64,000 bases of DNA from positions 1,863 through 65,862 of the forward strand of contig JAKAOH010000003.1 of the NCBI GenBank assembly GCA_021812285.1, given 5' to 3'. A program made the position numbers and the translations under genes. This DNA comes from Acidobacteriota bacterium (GTDB lineage Bacteria; Acidobacteriota; Terriglobia; Acidiferrales; UBA7541). A model generated the notes under the pieces. That model did not search any database. It was given only the letters and a program-made list of their open reading frames with translations, and was not told where the DNA came from. The stretch's first letter is position 1, and the number at the start of each line of letters is the position of its first letter. Of the stretch, positions 55,770 to 64,000 are shown piece after piece.

Positions 55770-56323
55770 TGTCGCTGTCTCTGGCCTTGGGGGGTCGGAG
55801 CTTCAGCTCCGACATCGCCGACCTGCCACGCGGGGGCTTCAGCCCCTGAAGAGGCGCTTCGCCCCTGCGGCCATTCATCCATTGCAAACTTCCCGCTTGC
55901 TGAACTGTACGGCCAGAGCTCGGCCTTCTCCACAAGGCGGGCTTTCACAGGGTTGGAGTGGATATAAGCCACCTTGACTCTGAAATCGTCTTCGTCCCGC
56001 ACGGTCCAATCGTGAAACCCAGCCTGCCAAATCGACATTTTGTGATTTCGCTCTGTATGGACTCGATGAGAGGAGCCGCCTTTGATGAGCTGAACGGCTT
56101 TTTCGAGGGTCACGCTGGACCCGGGCGTCAACAGGACGTGGACATGATCGGGCATAATAACGAATGCGTGAAGCAGATAGAAACCCTCGCCGCGGTAATG
56201 CAGGATCTGTTCTGCAACGATTCGGGCGACCTCGGGCACGCGAAAGAGTGTGCGACCCTCCCAGCTCCTCGTGGTGACGAAGTAGGTGTAGCCCGCGCCC
56301 GTGCGGTGTCTAAGCCTGGCCAT
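55766..56323 (-). CDS. REP-associated tyrosine transposase (RAYT; IS200/IS605-like Y1 HUH transposase)
   Basis: HUH motif in VIMPDHVHVLL and a catalytic-Tyr region VAYIHSNPVKARL. ATG at 56323. The last 45 or so codons run through the REP hairpins, giving the duplicated GAEAP peptide. The stop overlaps the mutL start (ATGA). Confidence 0.8.
   Translation of the reverse strand: MARLRHRTGAGYTYFVTTRSWEGRTLFRVPEVARIVAEQILHYRGEGFYLLHAFVIMPDHVHVLLTPGSSVTLEKAVQLIKGGSSHRVHTERNHKMSIWQAGFHDWTVRDEDDFRVKVAYIHSNPVKARLVEKAELWPYSSASGKFAMDEWPQGRSASSGAEAPAWQVGDVGAEAPTPQGQRQRQ
55790..55815. repeat. outer REP hairpin, left (GTCGGAGC-TTCA-GCTCCGAC)
   Basis: GGGGGTCGGAGCTTCAGCTCCGACAT is the exact reverse complement of 56366-56391. 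Confidence 0.85.
55833..55846. repeat. inner REP hairpin, left (GGGGC-TTCA-GCCCC)
   Basis: 5-bp stem with a 4-nt loop. With its flank CTGAAG it matches the reverse complement of 56326-56347 at about 19/20 positions. Confidence 0.7.
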
Positions 56324-56331
56324 CAAGCTTC

Positions 56332-56347
56332 AGGGGCTAAAGCCCCT
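56332..56347. repeat. inner REP hairpin, right (AGGGGC-TAAA-GCCCCT)
   Basis: 6-bp stem, 9 nt upstream of the RAYT start codon. Confidence 0.7.
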
Positions 56348-56365
56348 TACCTCCCCATGGCTGTA

Positions 56366-56391
56366 ATGTCGGAGCTGAAGCTCCGACCCCC
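56366..56391. repeat. outer REP hairpin, right (GTCGGAGC-TGAA-GCTCCGAC)
   Basis: ATGTCGGAGCTGAAGCTCCGACCCCC is the reverse complement of 55790-55815. Confidence 0.85.
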
Positions 56392-56480
56392 GCAAGCGGG
56401 CGCTGGCCTGGCAGACCTGCCCACTCCGCATCCCCCGACAGCCAGCCTGGCCGCAGTCTTCAGCGCAAAGCGGATCCTTG

Positions 56481-58471
<1,991 letters not shown>

Positions 58472-58472
<1 letters not shown>

Positions 58473-59896
58473 CAGTGTTTCCCTGAACCCCTGAGGTACT
58501 CAAGCAATTCGGCCTCCGAAAGCTTCTTTTGATCGCCAGGCAGAGTACGAATCTCGCGCCTACCAAACAGACGCTTAACGCTGAATTGGCCTGTCAAAAG
58601 CTCCTCTTCCCCAACGATCACAGCGTGACGAGCCCCGAGCCGATCCGCCAGGTTCAGGGCCTTGCCCACCTTCAACTCCTGCGCGGGCATTTCGACGCAC
58701 AAGCCTTCCTGCCGCAGCCGCCTGGCCAGCCGTACCGCCGCAAGGTAGGATTCCGAGCCCATCCAGACGATGAACGCATCGAGCGGACGGCCGACCGACG
58801 CGGCGCTGATTTGGCCGGCGGCCTGAATCACCTCGATGAAGCGGTCTTCGCCCAGCGCGAAGCCGATTCCTTTCGTCGGAGGCCCGCCGAGCATTTCCAC
58901 CAGACCGTCGTAGCGTCCGCCGCCGGCGAGCGCGTTTTGCGCGCCAAGATGCGTGCTGGTGATTTCGAACGTGGTGCGCATGTAATAGTCGAGCCCGCGG
59001 ACCAGGCGCGGCTCATGCGTCCAGGAAATCGAGCGCAAATCAAGCTGGCGGCGCAGATCGTCGAAATGCTGGCGGCAGGCGTCGCAGAGGTGATCGGTGA
59101 TTTTCGGCAAATTCGCGATGATTGCCTGCTCTTCCGGCACTTTCGAATCGAAAACGCGCAGCGGATTCGTCTCGACGCGCCGCAGACTGTCCTGGCCAAG
59201 CCGATCTTTCACCTTGCGCAATTCCTCGCGCAACAATTCGACGTACGCGGGGCGGCAATTCGGGTCGCCGATGGAATTCACCAGCAGCGTCCAATTGCCG
59301 AGCTTGCAGCGTTCGAGCAGCACGGTGAGCATTTCAATCAGTTCGGCGTCAATCGCCGGATGGTCGCTCGTGCCAAGCACTTCCGCGCCGATCTGATAGA
59401 ACTGCCGATAGCGTCCTTTTTGCGGCCGTTCGCGGCGAAACATCGGTCCTGCGTAGTAGAGCTTCACAAGACCGGGCTGCGTCTGCATCCCATGCTCGAT
59501 GTACGCACGAGCCACGCTGGCCGTTGCCTCTGGCCGCAGCGTGAGGGACTCAAATTTGTTAAGGAAGTCCCAAATCTGCGAGGCTGAGGCGGGCGCGCTC
59601 GATCCCAGATGAGCCCTCGTGGGGTCGAGTCCATGCCCAAGAACCGATTTGATGGCTTGGTCGACGTCTAGCGGATCGTGAAAAGTGTACATCTCCTTGG
59701 AGACAATGTCGGTCTCGGCTCCGACGGAACGGGCGAAAAGTTCCGTTTCCTCGAAGATGGGCAGGCGGATTTCGCGGAAATTGAAGGATTCGAGGACGTC
59801 GCGCGCCGTGGCCTCAAACCAATTCCAAAGCGACGAATCCGGGGGCAGAATGTCCCGAACTCCGCGCACGGTGTGAAATTTTCTCTTGTCGGTCAT
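58472..59896 (-). CDS. hisS: histidine--tRNA ligase
   Basis: Class II HisRS motifs (FRRERPQKGRYRQFYQ, GGGRYDGLV); 474 aa. Confidence 0.93.
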
Positions 59897-59982
59897 GGAA
59901 AGGATCGTATTCCTAAACCTTCGAGTCTAAAGGACGCGGGGCCGTTAGGCCAGCGAGGGTGCGCGACGCCGGCCACTCGCCG

Positions 59983-60504
59983 TTAGCTGCTGCTCTCCAC
60001 TTGGTACGCATTCTTGTAGCCGACGTATCGCGTCGAATACGCGAGAATTTCTTCCTGTTCATCCGGCGTGAGCGCGCGGCGGACTTTGCCCGGGTGGCCC
60101 ATCACAAGGCTGCCGGGCTGGATGACGGCGCCCTCGGGAATCAGAGTGCCCGCGGCGACGATCGAGCCTGCGCCGATGCGCGCGTTATTCAGGACGATCG
60201 CGCCCATACCGATGAGGCAGCGGGATTCGATCGTGCAGCCATGAAGCAAGACGCCGTGGCCTACGGTGACGTCGTCGCTCAAAACGACGGGATACAAGTC
60301 TTTCATGCCGTGGAGCACGGAATTGTCCTGAATATTCGTGCGCTTGCCCAGGCGAATGAAATGCACATCACCGCGCAAGACGGCTCCGGGCCACACGCTC
60401 GAGTCTTCGGCGAGCGTGACGTCGCCGATGAGCGTCGCGGCGGGATCGACGTAGGCGCCTGCAGCGATTTGCGGCGATTTGCCTTTATGGCTGCGAATCA
60501 TCAT
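59983..60504 (-). CDS. gamma-carbonic-anhydrase-like hexapeptide-repeat protein (YrdA/PaaY family)
   Basis: Left-handed beta-helix repeats (IGDVTLAEDSSVWPGAVLRGD, HGCTIE..CLIGMGAIV). The start is one of the tandem ATGs at 60504 and 60501. Confidence 0.85.
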   Translation of the reverse strand: MMIRSHKGKSPQIAAGAYVDPAATLIGDVTLAEDSSVWPGAVLRGDVHFIRLGKRTNIQDNSVLHGMKDLYPVVLSDDVTVGHGVLLHGCTIESRCLIGMGAIVLNNARIGAGSIVAAGTLIPEGAVIQPGSLVMGHPGKVRRALTPDEQEEILAYSTRYVGYKNAYQVESSS

Positions 60505-60621
60505 CCCTCCTCGTTCCACGAGCGAACGGAAAGCATACTCCAACTCCTCAAGCACGGGGCGTGAATGGCCGCGGAACTCCGCAAGAGAATGCAATGCCCG
60601 TCGCCGATGAGGCAAAGATAA

Positions 60622-61698
60622 TTACAGGATTTCGACGACGGGAGATTGCTGGCCGAGGTTGAGAACGGAGACGCGCGCAGCGACCTGGCGCGCCATGGCG
60701 TAGAGGCTGCGCGCGCCGCGAAAATCCTCGCCAAACGCGGTGACGGGCTTGCCGCTGTCGCCGCCGACGCGGATTTCCGGCTCGATTTCGATTTCGCCGA
60801 GAAAGGGAACGCCGAAGGTTTCGGCCATGCGACGGCCTTCGCCGTAGCCGAAAATATCCACGCGCTTTTCGCAATGCGGGCAGAGCAGGTAACTCATGTT
60901 TTCAACGACGCCCAGAATTTCCACGTTCACCTGGCGAAACATTTCCACCGACTTCCGCACGTCGGCGAGCGCGACGGCGGAAGGGGTGGTCACGATAACG
61001 GCGCCCGTGAGCGGAACCGATTGCACGAGCGAAAGAGCGACGTCGCCGGTGCCGGGAGGAAGATCGATCACCAGATAATCGAGTTCGCCCCAGCGCACGC
61101 TGCGCAAAAACTGCTGAATCACGCTGTGCAGCATCGGCCCGCGCCAAATCAGCGGCCGATCGCCGGGATTCAGCAGGCCCATCGAAATCATTTTCACGCC
61201 GTAGGCTTCGACGGGCAGAATGTTGCGCTCGTCGAGCGCTTCCGGCTGCTCGGTCGAACCGAGCATGACGGGAACGTTGGGGCCGTAAACGTCGGCATCG
61301 AGAAGGCCGACGGCCGAGCCAAGGCGCGAAAGCGCGATGGCCAGATTCACCGCAACGGTGGTTTTGCCCACGCCGCCCTTGCCGCTGGCGACGGCGATCA
61401 GATTCTTCACGCCCGGAGGCGCTGCTTTTTCCGCGGCCGCGCGGCCGGCGGGAACCTTGGAATCGAAACGCAATTGAACGTCGCGCAGGCCGAGCGGCGC
61501 AAGCGCTTGGCGGATATCGCGTTCGATCGTTTCGCGAAGCGGGCAGGCGGGCGTGGTGAGCGTGACGAGCAGTGTCAGCACGCCATCGGAAAGGCTGGCG
61601 AGCTTGACCATGCCGAGCGAGACGACGTCTTTGTGCAATTCCGGATCCTGAACGCCGCGCAGAGCTTCGATGACGGCTTCGCGAGTAGGCTGTGGCAT
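60622..61698 (-). CDS. apbC: Mrp/ApbC/NBP35-family Fe-S cluster carrier ATPase
   Basis: ATG at 61698. DUF59-like N-terminus, deviant Walker A ASGKGGVGKTTVAVNLA, and CPHC. The ORF-track N-terminal 78 codons are spurious. Confidence 0.9.
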   Translation of the reverse strand: MPQPTREAVIEALRGVQDPELHKDVVSLGMVKLASLSDGVLTLLVTLTTPACPLRETIERDIRQALAPLGLRDVQLRFDSKVPAGRAAAEKAAPPGVKNLIAVASGKGGVGKTTVAVNLAIALSRLGSAVGLLDADVYGPNVPVMLGSTEQPEALDERNILPVEAYGVKMISMGLLNPGDRPLIWRGPMLHSVIQQFLRSVRWGELDYLVIDLPPGTGDVALSLVQSVPLTGAVIVTTPSAVALADVRKSVEMFRQVNVEILGVVENMSYLLCPHCEKRVDIFGYGEGRRMAETFGVPFLGEIEIEPEIRVGGDSGKPVTAFGEDFRGARSLYAMARQVAARVSVLNLGQQSPVVEIL

Positions 61699-62029
61699 GC
61701 TCGAATGATTCCTTTCGGTGCGGCGAGGCGCAGCAAAACGCGCAAAATCCCATGATAGACGGGCCGGCTGAGGGCGGCAAACGAACAGATTCCGTGACGG
61801 TCCCGGCTTGGGCGGACAAGCGGAGGGGTGAAGGCGCGGTTGGGATTGGGGATTTTGGCCTGAGGTTGCGGGAATTTGCTGTGCCGAATGAGGAGTGGCG
61901 AAGCCCGGGATTTGTAACGTGTCTGGCATCAATTAGATACGGGTAGACGCCCGCGGCCCGCGCCTTGCAGTGAAGTGGGTAGCGGCTACCCGTTGCCGGA
62001 AGCGCGGCGCGAGAATTCGGGGGTGCGTC

Positions 62030-62467
62030 ATGAACGTTCTGCTGGCGATTGATGATTCCGAATTTTCGGCGTACGCAGTGCAATCGGTGATGGAGAAATT
62101 CCGGCCCAGCGGCACCGAAGTGCAGGTGCTGCACGTGGTGGGGCCGATTGCGGTTTCCGTGCCGCCGCAGATGGCGCCGGGATACGCTCCCGAACTCGAC
62201 GTGTTGGTGAAGGAAGGGCAAAAACTGGTGGAAGCGGCGGCGGAAAAGCTGCGGAAGGCGGGATTCCGGGTGACGGCCAAGGTGGAAAAGGGTGATCCGA
62301 GAAGCGCGATTGTGGACCGGGCGGCGGCGTGGCCGGCGGACATGATCGTGGTGGGATCGCATGGGAAACGGGGCCTGACGCGATTCCTGCTCGGGAGCAC
62401 ATCGGAAGCGGTGGCGCGGTTCGCTCCCTGTTCGGTGCAGATCGTGCGGAAGCCGCAAAACCGCTGA
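62030..62467 (+). CDS. universal stress protein (UspA family)
   Basis: ATG at 62030. Reads MNVLLAIDDSEFS...VVGSHGKRGLTRFLLGSTSEAV. Confidence 0.85.
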   Translation: MNVLLAIDDSEFSAYAVQSVMEKFRPSGTEVQVLHVVGPIAVSVPPQMAPGYAPELDVLVKEGQKLVEAAAEKLRKAGFRVTAKVEKGDPRSAIVDRAAAWPADMIVVGSHGKRGLTRFLLGSTSEAVARFAPCSVQIVRKPQNR

Positions 62468-62673
62468 CGAATTTCTTCACGTCGCCGCGCGCGGGACTTG
62501 GCGAGCGACGTGCAATCCTGAAAACTCGACTGCGAATCGGGCTAGAGGCGGGCGCGCGGCTGGCCTACAATCCGGCTGCGGTGGTCGCGGTACGCGCGCC
62601 GGGTCAAGAACCTGCGGATTCCGGCGCCGGAACCACCGGATTTGTCGGGGATCATCCAGGCGGCAATCGGTCC

Positions 62674-63798
62674 ATGCGCAGGAGGGAGAAGACTGTGTCC
62701 ACCGGGAATTTTTCCCGGCGCTCTCCGCGTCACAAGAAGAGCCCGGAGCCGGCGGAGGTGTGTCCGCTGAAACCGGCGCCGTGGGATGCTGCCGAACGAA
62801 GTTTGGCCGCGCTGGGGCCTGCCGTTGCACGCGTGGAGACGGCGGAAGAGAGGCTGGAGCCACGGGAAAGCCTTGGGCTCGTTCTGGTGCGCGATGCGCA
62901 GGCAGAGAGCAGAATCGCGCGAGAGCGGCGAGAGCGCGGCGAGATAGAAACCGCGCCGCAGGCCCCGGAAGACGAGGAATTACGGCGGAAACGGGCGCAA
63001 CTCACGCTGCTCGAAGAGGAGCTGACGCGGAGGGAAACTTCGCTCACACGGCTGCGGTCGGAAATGGCGCCGTTCGAAGCCCGCTATTTCCGCAAAATCG
63101 GGATTCGCTGCGCGCGTCTGGACGATATCGAGGCGCGGATCGCCGAGCTTCACGCCGAGAGCCACCCGGAAGATGAGGCGGCACAGGAGGTGGCGCGGCG
63201 GGCGCGGGAACGGGCGAACCGGTCGCGCGAGGCGGTGAGGCGGCATCGTTCCTCGACGGCGAACAAGCCGGCGGAGGGACTGAAACGGCTTTATCGCGCG
63301 GTGGCGCGGAGGGTTCATCCGGATTTCGGAAAAGACCAGGGTGATCGGGAACTGCGGGCGAACCTGATGGCGCACGCGAACCGGGCTTACGAACGCGGCG
63401 ACCAGCGGCGGCTGAAGGCGATCGTGAAGGAATACGAATACGCGCCGGAGATCGTGCATGGCGACGGGACGCCATGGGACCTTGTGCGGGTGATCCGGCG
63501 GATTTCGGTGGTGAAGGCGCGGGTGAAGGAGATCGAGCAGGAAACCAACGAGACCCGGTCGTCGGAACTGTGCCGGTTCAAGGCGCACGCGGAGGCGAAC
63601 GCGGGATCCGGGCGGGACGTTTTCGAGGAAGTGGAAGCGACGCTGAACGCGCGGATCGCGAAAGCTCGCCGATTGTGGCGGAAGATGACCCAGACCGGGC
63701 CGGACGAAACCAGGCGGGCGCCCAGGAACGCAGGCGCGCCGGCCGAGGAGCCCGAAGCAGCGGCTTTGCGCGCGGTCGCCGGCCAGAGTAAAATTTAA
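62674..63798 (+). CDS. J-domain protein with N-terminal coiled coil
   Basis: HPD tripeptide in LYRAVARRVHPDFG. The start is placed at the first ATG after the usp stop (62674), and the exact start is uncertain. Confidence 0.65.
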   Translation: MRRREKTVSTGNFSRRSPRHKKSPEPAEVCPLKPAPWDAAERSLAALGPAVARVETAEERLEPRESLGLVLVRDAQAESRIARERRERGEIETAPQAPEDEELRRKRAQLTLLEEELTRRETSLTRLRSEMAPFEARYFRKIGIRCARLDDIEARIAELHAESHPEDEAAQEVARRARERANRSREAVRRHRSSTANKPAEGLKRLYRAVARRVHPDFGKDQGDRELRANLMAHANRAYERGDQRRLKAIVKEYEYAPEIVHGDGTPWDLVRVIRRISVVKARVKEIEQETNETRSSELCRFKAHAEANAGSGRDVFEEVEATLNARIAKARRLWRKMTQTGPDETRRAPRNAGAPAEEPEAAALRAVAGQSKI

Positions 63799-63883
63799 CC
63801 GTGGCATCGAACCTTCCGGGAGAAACCCTGCCGTTTCGCAGGCCCGGCACTGGTGTCCCGGCGCCGGGAAACACAAGAGGCCC

Positions 63884-64000
63884 ATGGATTTTGAAGAGCT
63901 TGGCGAACGCGTAAGCGAGTTTTTCGTCGGCAACAAACACGAGCGGGAAATCAAGAAGCTGCAGCCGCACGTCGAGCGGATCAATGCGCTCGAAGCGGAG
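63884..64000 (+). CDS. secA: preprotein translocase ATPase SecA (5' end only, continues beyond the window)
   Basis: MDFEELGERVSEFFVGNKHEREIKKLQPHVERINALEAE matches the conserved SecA N-terminus pattern (..G..NER.lK.l...V..IN.LE.E). Confidence 0.75.
   Translation, partial: MDFEELGERVSEFFVGNKHEREIKKLQPHVERINALEAE

Larger units (their letters stand above)
55790..56391. mobile_element. REP-RAYT unit: RAYT gene bracketed by two nested pairs of inverted REP hairpins
   Basis: See the four repeat entries that follow. The outer 26-nt arms are exact reverse complements of each other. Confidence 0.75.

Noticed and set aside
59700-59730. GCTCCGAC / GTCGG words inside hisS resembling the REP stem.
   Set aside because: Only a 5-bp stem with a long loop can form, and it lies inside a conserved coding region. 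This is a chance similarity.
62329-62673. N-terminal 115 codons of the 489-aa ORF-track version of the J-domain protein.
   Set aside because: This region overlaps the usp gene (62030..62467) in another frame. The start was moved to the first ATG after the usp stop.

Overview
This is a high-GC bacterial chromosomal window. The gene content (a giant Ser/Thr kinase, several glycoside hydrolases, an Flp pilin with a QDLIEYGLL core, a long RpoB) fits an Acidobacteriota-like soil bacterium, but that attribution is inference only.

Most of the window is conserved housekeeping:
- 1-13.8 kb: tRNA-Thr/Tyr/Thr/Gly, rpmG, tRNA-Trp, secE, nusG, rplKAJL, rpoBC.
- 17-18.8 kb: gatCA.
- 21.5-32.3 kb: amidase, glutaryl-CoA dehydrogenase, trehalase, a 1344-aa Ser/Thr kinase and a GH27 alpha-galactosidase.
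- 35-41.5 kb: esterase, M20 peptidase, MFS transporter, GMC oxidoreductase, DHH phosphoesterase.
- 43.9-53.1 kb: SulP, tig, clpP, clpX, lon, rho.
- 53.1-59.9 kb, minus strand: hisS, aspS, a RAYT gene, mutL, cmk.
- 60-64 kb: gamma-CA-like protein, apbC/mrp, usp, a J-domain protein and the start of secA.

Small, visibly more A/T-rich accessory patches interrupt this:
- 13.9-16.9 kb, directly after rpoC: hypothetical membrane and secreted proteins.
- 32.3-34.9 kb, next to tRNA-Lys: a signal-less trypsin-fold protease, plus a HigB/HigA-type toxin-antitoxin cassette bracketed by 36-nt direct repeats that include the tRNA 3' end.
- 41.7-43.7 kb, around tRNA-Leu: an orphan Flp pilin below the ORF-track cutoff, a hypothetical secreted protein and a small basic protein.
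- 55.77-56.39 kb: a REP-flanked RAYT transposase wedged between aspS and mutL.

I found no rRNA and no CRISPR array. Two genes missed by the ORF track (rpmG, flp) and all seven tRNAs were read by eye. All coordinates were counted by hand, so RNA and repeat ends may be off by a few nt.

My best candidate for an undescribed system is the tRNA-Lys-proximal patch (cytosolic trypsin-like protease plus the repeat-bounded TA mini-cassette). That is an inference from context, not a demonstrated function.
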